The notes under the pieces were generated by a model, which was given only the letters and a program-made list of their open reading frames with translations, ran no database searches and was not told the DNA's origin. This document shows, piece after piece, positions 41,215-51,054 of a stretch of DNA of 64,000 nt (within the stretch, counting starts at the first letter, position 1; every line of letters begins with the position of its first letter). Origin of the DNA: Gammaproteobacteria bacterium (GTDB lineage Bacteria > Pseudomonadota > Gammaproteobacteria > CBDBNL01 > JAAOII01); assembly GCA_965209035.1 (NCBI GenBank), contig OZ242372.1, forward strand, positions 1-64,000, written 5' to 3'. A program made the position numbers and the translations under genes.

Positions 41215-43959
41215 ATGTCGTTAATGTCGCGGGTTGCCGGGCGAGTTACATCGCAGCTGACGGCAGCATCTAATACTTGCCTGCGGATGCGGCGGCTGGC
41301 TCGTTCATTATGCGCCGCTCTGCTGATGGGCATGCCGGCTTTGATTCTTGCCGGTTGTGGTGGTGGCGACGAAGGCGGCGGTGGCCCCAACCCCGACACC
41401 AATTTCGGTGTGACCGCGATTGATATTACATCGGGAGGGACAAGCCTTGCCATAGCCTGGACCAACCCCAATCAACGGGAGATTACCGGCTTTCATATTA
41501 CTTGGATGAATACCCAAAACCAAACGGACGCCGGCGTGAAAGAGTCGACACCCCCGGGTGTGGATGTCTCGGCCGGTGCGCGTGTGGTTGAAACCGTTAC
41601 GGGTTTGATGCGGGATGCTACTTACAATATCACCATTGCGACGATCTATGCGGATGGTCGGGTGGTGGCTATTGCGGTGCCCATGCCGGCGACGACGGGA
41701 GGCGATTCGGCGAGAGATCTGGATGGAGACGGGATCTCGGATGCGACAGATAATTGTTTGGCGATTGCCAATGCGGATCAAATCAACACGGACAATGCGA
41801 ATGACGGCGGCGATGCTTGCGATGATGACGATGACAATGATGGTGTGGCGGATGAGACGGATACCTGCGCGGGCGGTGCGACCGGTTGGACTTCCAATGC
41901 AACAACGGACCATGACAGTGATGGCTGTCGCGATGGCGATGAGGATTTGGACGATGACAATGACGGTGTGGCGGATGAGGCGGATGCCTGTGCGCGCCAT
42001 GCGACCGGTTGGACTTCCAATGCGACAACGGACAACGACTGTGACGGCTGTCGCGACAGAGATGAAGATCCGGATGATGGAGACGGAAACAGTAAGCCCC
42101 TTCCTTTGAACAGTCTCATGAATGCATCTTTGGCGGCGGCGAAAACAGACAGGTGGGAGATTATGCTGCCGACGGCCGGTTCTTTGGTGGTTTACACTCA
42201 GGGCACTTTGAATACTTTGGGTATTTTGAAGGACCCGGGCGGGACAGTTCTTGTCAGAACGGAAGACACCGACTTGAACAATTTTTGGTTTTGCCGGGTT
42301 CTGCCAGCGGGAACCTACTATATCCTGGTTTCGGCGACCGCTGGTCAGGGCGGGGAATACAAGATTCAAGCGGATTTTGATGAAGAAGGCAATTGCGGGA
42401 TTACCGATTTCAACCAGTGGAACCTGGACGATTATGGCATTCGGAATCTGCATGCGCGCGGCATTACGGGAGAGGGCGTTCGGATTGCCGTGGTGGACGG
42501 CGATGTGGAAATCAGACATGAAGACCTGGAAGGAAACTTAATACCCGGCCTCAGTTACGATTATGAGGATCAAAGCGATGACCCCAGCCCGACTTCCGGC
42601 TCGGACAGACACGGGACTGCGGTGACAGGGATCATTGTCGCGGATGCCGACAATGGCATAGGAATTACCGGCGTGGCAGGGAAGGCTTCTTTTTACGCTC
42701 TTAATCTTCTCAAACGGTCGACAATGAACAATATCGCTAATGCGATGGTTCGCCATACCGGCATCACGGATATTAGCAGCAACAGTTGGTCTGCCTGCAC
42801 GAAGATCAATCGCTTCTGTTCGCCGCCAATACTTTGGGAGATGGCAATAGAGCAAGGATTGCAGGAAGGGGCAAACGGCAAGGGAACCGTGTATGTTTGG
42901 GCGGCCGGCAACGACAGAAGAATCGATTCCAGTTCCAATTACAACGGCTATAGCAATCATTACGGGGTGATCGCTGTTTGCGCACTAAACAGGCAAAGAC
43001 AATTTACGACTTACAGCGAGTCGGGCGCGAATCTTTGGGTCTGTGCCCCGGGCGGGGATGGAATCGAGAATGACGGAAGAATTACCACTACGGACCTGAC
43101 CGGCACCGGCGGTTATAACAGCGGCAGGAGCAGAAGCGATTACAGCAACCCGGATTACACCGCGGGGTTTGGTGGCACATCGGCATCGGCGCCGTTTGTT
43201 GCCGGGGTGGTGGCTCTCATGCGTCAGGTTAACGCGAATTTAACCTGGCGAGATGTCAAGTTAATTCTCGCCCAGACCGCCGACCAAAATGATGACCCGG
43301 GTTGGTCGACCGGGGCGCCAGTTTACGACCCGAGCTTGCCGAACAGCCCCGCGCATTACTCCGTTCATTCGGGCATGGTTGTCCGAGAGTTTCGCAGACC
43401 CGATCCCATCTATTCTTTCCATCGCACACACGATTACGGGTTTGGGATGATTAACGCAACCAAAGCGGTCGCGGCGGCGGCGCATTGGAAACCGGTGCCG
43501 CCGATGCAACCTGCCGAAGTGTATTCTTCCGGTCCGGTAGGGATGAGAATCCCGGACATCAATTTTGCCGAGGTTCCTTACAACATCCAATTGCTGTCCG
43601 AACCGCCGATATTCGTTAGGGTTGCGGATTACCGGGACAGCACTGTCCAACATTCCATAACAGTCAGTGACAGTAATATCACCTTTGTGGAATACATTGA
43701 AATTCGGACGAACATTGCACACACCGATGCGGGAGGCTTGGAAATAGAATTGGTTGCGCCGAGCGGGCAAGTCAGTCTTCTCAATGAACTGCGTACCTGC
43801 ACCGGCGGCAACTGCGGTTACTTGGCGGGTCACCGTTTTGGCAGTGCACTGCATCTGGGTGAAAACCCCAACGGGAACTGGACCCTGATTGCCAGAGATT
43901 TGGCAACAGATCACAGCGGCACATTAAACGACTGGAACCTGAAGTTTTACGGGCATTAG
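41215..43959 (+). CDS. Lipoprotein S8 protease with FN3-like, thrombospondin type 3, PPC and P domains (start may be a later Met)
   Basis: Lipobox LAGC; WTNPNQ..ITGF FN3-like domain; DxDxDGxxDxxDxC repeats; catalytic region is a close paralog of 38847..40841. Confidence 0.88.
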   Translation: MSLMSRVAGRVTSQLTAASNTCLRMRRLARSLCAALLMGMPALILAGCGGGDEGGGGPNPDTNFGVTAIDITSGGTSLAIAWTNPNQREITGFHITWMNTQNQTDAGVKESTPPGVDVSAGARVVETVTGLMRDATYNITIATIYADGRVVAIAVPMPATTGGDSARDLDGDGISDATDNCLAIANADQINTDNANDGGDACDDDDDNDGVADETDTCAGGATGWTSNATTDHDSDGCRDGDEDLDDDNDGVADEADACARHATGWTSNATTDNDCDGCRDRDEDPDDGDGNSKPLPLNSLMNASLAAAKTDRWEIMLPTAGSLVVYTQGTLNTLGILKDPGGTVLVRTEDTDLNNFWFCRVLPAGTYYILVSATAGQGGEYKIQADFDEEGNCGITDFNQWNLDDYGIRNLHARGITGEGVRIAVVDGDVEIRHEDLEGNLIPGLSYDYEDQSDDPSPTSGSDRHGTAVTGIIVADADNGIGITGVAGKASFYALNLLKRSTMNNIANAMVRHTGITDISSNSWSACTKINRFCSPPILWEMAIEQGLQEGANGKGTVYVWAAGNDRRIDSSSNYNGYSNHYGVIAVCALNRQRQFTTYSESGANLWVCAPGGDGIENDGRITTTDLTGTGGYNSGRSRSDYSNPDYTAGFGGTSASAPFVAGVVALMRQVNANLTWRDVKLILAQTADQNDDPGWSTGAPVYDPSLPNSPAHYSVHSGMVVREFRRPDPIYSFHRTHDYGFGMINATKAVAAAAHWKPVPPMQPAEVYSSGPVGMRIPDINFAEVPYNIQLLSEPPIFVRVADYRDSTVQHSITVSDSNITFVEYIEIRTNIAHTDAGGLEIELVAPSGQVSLLNELRTCTGGNCGYLAGHRFGSALHLGENPNGNWTLIARDLATDHSGTLNDWNLKFYGH
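41830..42075 (+). repeat. 123-bp (41-aa) tandem duplication of a TSP3-type Ca-binding repeat
   Basis: DDNDGVADE.D.CA..ATGWTSNATTD.D.DGCRD.DED occurs twice; units start at 41830 and 41953. Confidence 0.9.
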
Positions 43960-44042
43960 TCATCCATTAATTGTTTGGTTGTGCCGGGAGCGGTGTTATC
44001 ATTAATTTCAGTTTTGATATATAAAAAATAGCATTCTAAAAG

Positions 44043-44058
44043 TGGTATAATACCAATA
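44043..44058 (+). promoter_or_regulatory. Extended -10 (TGgTATAAT) 6 nt before the ATG; probable leaderless promoter
   Basis: Sequence tggtataat-accaat-ATG with no SD motif. Confidence 0.5.
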
Positions 44059-44570
44059 TGAAGAAAAATTATACATTTGAGTATGTAAAGTTTTTTATAC
44101 TCATCATAACTTTAATCATTCTTGCCTTTTTGAAAGGGTACTATTTTCCAATCACTCAATCATATGCTACGGACGTTATGATTAATTCAATGGCAGCATT
44201 CTTTGGTGTTTTTGGAATATTTCAACTACTGGCCTATCAAGAATTTGTTAATGTATTTCCCAAGTATGATCCTATTGCAAAGGTTGTTCCGGGTTATGCA
44301 AGAATATATCCAATACTAAGTGTTACCATAGGTGTACTATATTTCCTTAATTTATTCTCTCCATGGAGAGATATTTTAGTAGCAATAATAACTACAATTG
44401 CTTTCATAGGAATATCTGTAACAATATATTCAGACAAAAAGAAAGAAAGAGTGCATTGTGTCTGTTTAGGGAATGCAATAAAATTACCCATCTCTACTAT
44501 CACAGTTTTGGAAAACTTAGTGATGTCTGTGATGTCAATTATAATCATCATTAATTATTTCTTCTTCTAG
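44058..44570 (+). CDS. MauE/DoxX-family membrane protein, very AT-rich
   Basis: F..YDPIAK..PGYA.IYP and C.CLG..IKLP.STIT.LEN motifs; about 5 TM segments. Confidence 0.7.
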   Translation: MKKNYTFEYVKFFILIITLIILAFLKGYYFPITQSYATDVMINSMAAFFGVFGIFQLLAYQEFVNVFPKYDPIAKVVPGYARIYPILSVTIGVLYFLNLFSPWRDILVAIITTIAFIGISVTIYSDKKKERVHCVCLGNAIKLPISTITVLENLVMSVMSIIIIINYFFF

Positions 44571-44574
44571 TCGG

Positions 44575-45183
44575 GGTTGCGGATTACCGGGACAGCACTG
44601 TCCAACATTCCATAACGGTCAATGACAGTAATATCACCTCGGAACATTTGTGGAATACATAGAAATTCGGACGAAATTCGGACGAACATTATGCATTCCG
44701 GTGCGGGGCACACTCCAATGCGGGGCACACACCGATGCGGGAGATTTGGAAATAGAACTTGTTGCGCCGAGCGGACAAGTGAGTCTTCTCAATGAACTGC
44801 GTCCCTGCACCGGCGGCAACTGCGGTTCCCAGGCAGGTCACTGTTTTGGCAGTGCACTGCATCCGGGTGAAAACCTCAACGGGAACTGGACCCTGATTGC
44901 CAGAGATTTGGCAACAGATCACAGCGGCACATTAAAAAAGGAAAAAAGGGAATTATACACTTAACAACCCCTAAAAAGTATATGAGCATAAATACTGGTA
45001 AATACAAGAAAAAAGAGGGTTATTTTCTGTTTGAGACCTTCAGAATGGAAGTTTTGACAGAGCCCCAGGCTATTTGCAATGGATCTTGAAGCAAATGGCG
45101 AATTTGAAGTGCATAGGTTGTCAAGTGTATAATTCCCTTAAAAAAACGAAAACGACTGAAATCTGAAGTTTTACGGGCATTAG
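44575..45183 (+). pseudogene. Relic third copy of the S8 P-domain 3' end, with micro-duplications and a MITE insertion
   Basis: Nearly identical to about 43620-43959. Interrupted after cacattaaa (44936) and resumes at aacgactg...ttttacgggcattag (45151-45183). Confidence 0.85.
44948..45137. mobile_element. 190-bp miniature element (internally deleted IS, probably IS1595 family)
   Basis: 22-bp terminal IRs GGGAATTATACACTTAACAACC / GGTTGTCAAGTGTATAATTCCC (21/22 match). ttaaaaaa occurs at 44932-44939 and 45138-45145. AT-rich interior with a short ORF MSINTGKYKKKEGYFLFETF... Confidence 0.8.
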
Positions 45184-45276
45184 TCGTCCATTAATTGTTC
45201 GCCAATTGTTGATTGTGCCGGGCGGACAGGTGTGCCGGTCATACCGCCGTGCCGCAATGATGCCGCCGCGTGCCGC

Positions 45277-46758
45277 CTACTGATAAATCAAGCGCGGCAG
45301 GTAGGTTGCCAGTTGCGGAAACAACCAAACCAGAAATACTATCAAGAGTTGCAAACAAACGAAAGGGACAGCCCCCCGGCAAATATCTCGAAAAGTGACC
45401 TCGGACGGGGCAACCGCCCGCAAGTAAAAAAGAGCAAACCCGAAAGGCGGCGTAAGAAAAGAGGTCTGCAAACAGACAGCGATCATCACTCCCAACCAGA
45501 GCGGGTCCGCCCCCATGCCGATGAGAATCGGGGCAAGTATCGGCACCAAAATCACCGTGATTTCTATAAACTCCAAGAAAAAGCCCAAGACAAATATCAA
45601 CAGAACAGTTGCCCAGATAGCGCCGACCGGACCTCCCGGCAAATGGGATAAGAAGGCTTCCAAGATTTTATCGCCGCCATAACCGCGAAACACCAAGGCA
45701 AAAAGTGTCGCGCCGATTAAAACGGAGAATATCTGTGTATTGATTAAAGCCGCATGACGCACGGCGGCACGCATCGCCGACCATTTCGTCGACCATTTTT
45801 TTAATGTTCCTTTTTTGATAAGAAGTAACACGAAAGCACCCAAAGAGCCGAGGGCGGCCGCTTCGGTCGGTGTTGCCAGCCCGGCGACAACAGTTCCCAA
45901 AACCAACATCATTAACAGCCCCGGCGGCAACAGATGCCACATTAACAAACCGATGTCTGTGGCATAAGGACTTTTATGGGGTGCGAGATGATCGCGATCG
46001 GAGCCGGCGTCCGCCGTTTGAGCCGCTGGGTAGGGCCCCACCGATGCGCGCGCAGCTGCCCAATCTGTCCCCAAACTTATCGACGCCCCCCGCATTTGAT
46101 GCGGGCGGGTTTGAGAGATCACCAACAAGTAACAGATGTAAAGAAGAGCCAGCCCGATCCCAGGCAGGAGCGCACCGAGAAAGAGTTCGCCCACCGAAAC
46201 CGTATTGGCTAACAACCCTGCGTTACCCATTTGCACTTGCTGATTGGCGGTGATCAGCGCATCACCGAGGACGATCAAAACAATGGAAGGCGGAATAATC
46301 TGACCGAGTGTGCCGGCCGCCGTCACTGTGCCGGCCGCCAGGGACGGCTTATAACCGTTTTTTAGCATCACCGGCAGGGCGAGCAGGCCCAAGGTGACAA
46401 CCCCCGCGCCCACAATCCCCGTAGTGGCCGCAAGAAGCATCCCCACAATGATTGTGGCAAACGCCAGACTGCCCGTTCCCGCCCCCAATAAAAAACCGAC
46501 CGCCTTCAGCAGATCCTCGGCAATGCGCGATTTCTCAAGCAAGGAACCCATCAAAATAAATAACGGCACCGAGAGCAGTGTTTGGTTTGTCATCACCGCA
46601 AAGATGCGAGAGGGAATTGCCGTCAATAAGGCAATATCAAAATGACCTGTGATGACCCCCGCCAAGGCAAACAAGAGAGAAGTGCCGGCGAGCACGAAGG
46701 CGACCGGATAGCCGCACAGCAGGGCGGCAAAAACGACCGGGAAAAGAATAAGAGCCAA
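45277..46758 (-). CDS. dctM: TRAP transporter large permease
   Basis: GYPVAFVL, VPLFILMG, GTLGQIIPPSI, ATPTEAAA, QTSFLTPPFGFALFYL motifs. Confidence 0.92.
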   Translation of the reverse strand: MALILFPVVFAALLCGYPVAFVLAGTSLLFALAGVITGHFDIALLTAIPSRIFAVMTNQTLLSVPLFILMGSLLEKSRIAEDLLKAVGFLLGAGTGSLAFATIIVGMLLAATTGIVGAGVVTLGLLALPVMLKNGYKPSLAAGTVTAAGTLGQIIPPSIVLIVLGDALITANQQVQMGNAGLLANTVSVGELFLGALLPGIGLALLYICYLLVISQTRPHQMRGASISLGTDWAAARASVGPYPAAQTADAGSDRDHLAPHKSPYATDIGLLMWHLLPPGLLMMLVLGTVVAGLATPTEAAALGSLGAFVLLLIKKGTLKKWSTKWSAMRAAVRHAALINTQIFSVLIGATLFALVFRGYGGDKILEAFLSHLPGGPVGAIWATVLLIFVLGFFLEFIEITVILVPILAPILIGMGADPLWLGVMIAVCLQTSFLTPPFGFALFYLRAVAPSEVTFRDICRGAVPFVCLQLLIVFLVWLFPQLATYLPRLIYQ

Positions 46759-46775
46759 ACGAAAAGGTTCTTATC

Positions 46776-47285
46776 TTATCCCGACTTATGACCGCGATAA
46801 AGCAAGTAAGATGCCCTGATCCCGGAAACACACTGCAACAGCAGCAAAACGGGCAACACCAAAAGAAGAGTCTTCGGCAAATACAGAAACGGGATGCCGC
46901 CCGGCTCGGCGGATTGTTCCAGGTCACGCCAAGAATTCAGCACATACTCCCATGAAAAAACCAAAAGAGCCAACGCAAGCGGGCACAGCAAAAAAAGATG
47001 TCCAAGCAAGTCCGTGAGTGCCCGTTTTTGGACGGAAAACTTCTCATAAAAGAGACCCAGGCGGACATGCGCGTTCCATTGCTGACAAGACGCCACCATC
47101 AATGCCAAAAGAACGGATTGCATATAAACCAACGACTCTTCCAGCCGCACAGATCCCGTATTAAAGCCATAGCGAAGGAGCACCACCAGGCCGCCGGTCA
47201 GTGCCATTAGCGGCAACAAAACGGGGACGATCCTCCCCAATGTGCGGTTGATGCGATCCGCAATACGGCAGAAAGTATCAATCAA
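46776..47285 (-). CDS. dctQ: TRAP transporter small permease
   Basis: VVLLRYGF, HVRL, E.S.EPGG motifs; 4 TM segments; upstream of dctM. Confidence 0.85.
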   Translation of the reverse strand: MIDTFCRIADRINRTLGRIVPVLLPLMALTGGLVVLLRYGFNTGSVRLEESLVYMQSVLLALMVASCQQWNAHVRLGLFYEKFSVQKRALTDLLGHLFLLCPLALALLVFSWEYVLNSWRDLEQSAEPGGIPFLYLPKTLLLVLPVLLLLQCVSGIRASYLLYRGHKSG

Positions 47286-47299
47286 TAATAAATGTCCAA

Positions 47300-48073
47300 C
47301 TAAGGAGAGCGAGGGCTGTTACCTGTGTGTCGGCAAATCCAAGCTGAGAGATCTTCCAACTCCGCCATGCCGATGTAATGTTCCAGATCGTATTTCTTTA
47401 ACTCCGGTTGACGCGTCCGCAAGGCATCTCGAGTTTCCAAACAGTACTTAAACGGCACCGTCTCATCTCGGACGCCGTGCATAAGAAGAATAGGGCAAGA
47501 GTTGTTGTTTTGCCGCAGAAGTTCGGGGCAGGGCGGCAGAAAGCCGGCAATGCAAGCAACCCCGCCCGGCGGCACTTCGGCAAGAAGCCCGTATGCCAGA
47601 GCCACGGAACCGCCTTGGGAAAACCCCGTCACGAAGATATTCCGCTCGGCATAACCCTCGTTCTTTAACTCGGCAATCAGTTCACCGACGGAGCGAACAA
47701 CATCGCCAATATCCCGGCAGTTGGCATGGGGCGGATCCAAACTGAGGATATCATACCAAGAAGGCATCGTTACGCCGCCGTTCAGGGTCACCGGCATTGT
47801 GGGCGCGTTCGGCAGGACCAAAAGGGCGGACGGAATGCGCCGTTGCAGTTCCAAGGCGGCCGCCGAGATGTCCTCGGCATCCGCACCGAGGCCGTGCATA
47901 AAAATAATGCAGATCCTTTCATCCGGAGAGGCTGCGGCTGTTACTGAAGAAAATGCTTTCGCTTTGGCGGCTGCTTTACGGGCTGCCGTTTTCGGTGGCA
48001 ATATCAGACAGTCTGTTTTATTCATAGGATGATTAATTTCGGGTAGGTGCTGATGTGCCGTCACTTCGGTCAT
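47300..48073 (-). CDS. Phospholipase/carboxylesterase (abhydrolase_2)
   Basis: HGLGAD, PNAP..PVTLNGG..MPSWYDI, GFSQGG, HG..D..VP motifs. Confidence 0.9.
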   Translation of the reverse strand: MTEVTAHQHLPEINHPMNKTDCLILPPKTAARKAAAKAKAFSSVTAAASPDERICIIFMHGLGADAEDISAAALELQRRIPSALLVLPNAPTMPVTLNGGVTMPSWYDILSLDPPHANCRDIGDVVRSVGELIAELKNEGYAERNIFVTGFSQGGSVALAYGLLAEVPPGGVACIAGFLPPCPELLRQNNNSCPILLMHGVRDETVPFKYCLETRDALRTRQPELKKYDLEHYIGMAELEDLSAWICRHTGNSPRSP

Positions 48074-48392
48074 CCGTTGTCCGCTGTAATTTGTGCTTAT
48101 GCATATATATGTATAGTTTGAATTTCACAGGTAATCATCCTCATTTTATCCAAAATAAGCATCATAATGCCGAAAGATACAAGCAAAGTAGCAAAAGCAG
48201 CCGGCAAAAGCATCGGTTGGCGGGTTGGCAAGTCGCTTAGGGTTGCCGGTCCGCGTACTTAACTTAACAAGAAAACTCTAGACCGGGCGGGGTGGGACAA
48301 AAGATGCCTAGCCCCTGCCTAGCCTCACTGAAATAGGGTAAAATATTAACAATGCTGATTTTATCTTTAATAAAAACAACCAATCATTCATT

Positions 48393-50743
48393 ATGAGCAT
48401 ATTCGCAATACACGCTATCCGTAGCAACGGCATCGTCGCAGCCGGCCAAACGGCACACCGCGGCATCATCCTATTATTAACCATCGGCTTGTCGGCCGTC
48501 TTGCTCGCCGCTTGCGGCGGCGGTAGTTCTACCCCCCCCCCCCCCCCCCCCCCCCCGATAAGTTCGGTGTTACCGAGATTGAGTTTGTGGCAGGAGATAC
48601 CAACACGAGTCTTGTCGTCTCTTGGAAGAATCCGAATCAACCCAATATTACCGGCTTCCATATTACCTGGTTCAATGTTGCCAATATAAGCGATGGCGAC
48701 ACGGAGGAACTTAATTCCACCACATCGGATGTTTCGCTGTTACCCGGTGCTCGGGTGATCTACAACATCACAGGCTTAACCAGTCACACCGTTTACCGAA
48801 TCACAATTGCGGTACTTTATGAAAATGGCGATGCTGCGGTTTCGGCTCCTATTGAAAAAACGACCGAGGCGGACCCGGATGGCGGTGGTAATCCGGTTCC
48901 CGATCCTTTGGCTGTTTCCGGTATCCGAACCATAGTCAGTGGGAATAATATTATCGTGAGTTGGACCAATCCAAACCGGGAGAGTATCAGCGGGTTCAAT
49001 ATTAATTGGATCAATGTTGGCGATGATGCCGATACGACCGCTCGCGGAGAAATGGAACTTACTGATTCCCTGGCGAATGTTGTGGCGGGTGCTTCGGATA
49101 ATACATATAAGATTACGAATCTAAACTATGCTGCCACCTATCGCATCACAGTTACAGTGCGTTATGCGGATGGCACTTCGGTGGCTTCAACTTCGGTTGA
49201 AGGCATCACCGGAACGGATCCGGACGATATTGATGGTGATGGTGTGGCGAATGCGGATGATTTGGACTATGACGGTGACGGCTTGATAGAGATTCACAGC
49301 TTGGACCAGTTAGCATTACTGCGCGATGATCTGGACGGCGATGGAGATGATGATGAGAATATTGACGAGATTACCGCCGTGGGTTCCGCAGGCTGTCCGG
49401 TCTCGGACAGCTGTCGGGGCTACGAACTGACTCGCTCGCTGAATTTCAGCGATGCGGCTTCCTATTTGCCGGGCAGTGCTAATAAGGCTGCTTGGACGAA
49501 TCGCAGTGGCAGCGGCTGGCAGCCGATCGGTTCCTGCTCCGCCCGGAATACTTGCACTCCTTGGACGGCTGTGTTTGATGGCGGCGGTTATTCTATTGCC
49601 GATCTGTTCATTTCTGTCAATCATACCGTCAATGGCATCGGCTTGTTTGGTGCGTTCAATGGCACTATCCAAAATCTGCATCTCCAAGATGCGAATGTCA
49701 GTGGCGGTGCCAATGATGTGGGCCTGCTGGCGGGCTATGGCCGCAATGCTCGTTATGAGAATCTGTCGGTTATCGGGGGAGTGATCATGAGTGCGTCCGC
49801 GGATTCTGTCGGTGGTCTGGTTGGCGATGCGTCCGGTGCGGATACTATGATGCATGCGGTATCCGTGTCCGATGCGACTGTTGCCGGCGATGATCAGATC
49901 GGCGGCCTGGTCGGCGATGGACGGGATGCGACGCTTCGGGCCGCCTTCGTGTCCGATGCGACTGTGCGTGCCGCTGATGACCATGCCAGTGCCGATGATG
50001 ATCGTGTCGGCGGTCTGGTCGGCGATGGACGGCGTGCGACGATTCATGCCGCGGCTGTGTCCGATGTGACTGTTGCCGGTGACAATCGTCTCGGCGGTCT
50101 GGTCGGCGATGGAGAGGGTGCGACGATTCGTGCCGTGTCCGTGTCCGATGCGAATATTACAGCCCTTGATGCGCATGGTGGTACGTTTATTGGCGGGGTG
50201 CTCGGTAATGGGATAGGTGCCGATGTTCGTCATTCCTATGTGGTCCGTGGCAGTGTTGGTGGTCTTGGAAGGCGTGCGGCTCCTGCTTCTATTCGATCGG
50301 TGGGTGGCTTGTTCGGTACCGGGATGGGTGCCAATGTTCGTTATTCCTATGTGGCCAGTGGCGAGATCTCAGGCAATGTATTTTTCGGTGGCTTGATCGG
50401 TAGTTCCGCCTTTTTCATAACGACAACATTCTTCATCGCATCCTATTGGAACACGCAAACCACAAGGCAGTCGCTAGTGTCGTCAGGTGTTCATGTGGGG
50501 AAGACAGGAACGGCGGCGAAGACAACTGCGGAGCTGCAGACCCCGACTAACTTCACCGGGACGGACAACATCTACGCACTCTGGGGCAACTTCTGGTGTG
50601 ATCCGGTTAGTCTCGAGATCCGGGAAACCACAGATGCCGGCGGCCCCGGTGCCCCTTTCATTCGTCTGTGGGATCTGGGCGCGGCCAACCAATACCCCGC
50701 CCTGAACTGCCTTCCCCTCAGCCCGGCACAACAACGGCAGTAA
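48393..50743 (+). CDS. Surface lipoprotein (2 FN3-like domains plus GLUG-repeat domain), out of frame at a poly-C tract
   Basis: Lipobox LAAC-GGGSST lies in ORF 48393. The downstream frame DKFGVTEIEFVAGDTNTSLVVSWKNPNQ starts right after the C tract and is homologous to the N-terminus of 41215. GGLVG repeats are present. Confidence 0.8.
48532..48556 (+). repeat. C25 homopolymer (poly-Pro linker; candidate phase-variation tract)
   Basis: 25 consecutive C; C23 or C26 would restore the frame. Confidence 0.9.
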
Positions 50744-50921
50744 GCAATAACAAACTGAGCAAGCGAGAATCCGGTCACCTGCCTTGTTTTTTGTCAATGT
50801 AGAACAGCAAGCGGCAATAGGCAATAACGGGCAGGCAGAGTAAACGGGCGGGACTCAATAACCCCTCATTCTTTAATACTTACGGACCAACTCTCGGCGG
50901 TTCGGGGAGTGGCTTGAGGGT

Positions 50922-50963
50922 CGTGCGGACACAAACACGCAGAGTCCAAAACCGGGTGGGATG
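50922..50963 (+). repeat. Direct repeat, left copy (41/42 identical to 51640..51681)
   Basis: cgtgcggacac[a/c]aacacgcagagtccaaaaccgggtgggatg; looser similarity extends about 28 bp upstream. Confidence 0.9.
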
Positions 50964-51054
50964 GGACAAAAAAATCTTCTATAACAACAATAGATGCTAT
51001 AATATATTTGTTAGTAATGATTTTAAAAACATTACAAACAAAGGAGATTATGTT

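Noticed and set aside
41308-42519. 403-aa antisense ORF
   Set aside because: Shadow of the Asp/Gly-rich S8 gene; no recognisable motifs.
44650-44964. 104-aa ORF as a standalone P-domain gene
   Set aside because: It is part of a degenerate duplicate with micro-duplications and a MITE insertion.
49316-50233. 305-aa antisense ORF with repeats
   Set aside because: Mirror of the GLUG repeats on the coding strand.
50914-51054. N-terminal extension of the coiled-coil ORF from the TTG at 50914
   Set aside because: It runs through the repeat and promoter region; a strong SD favours ATG 51055.
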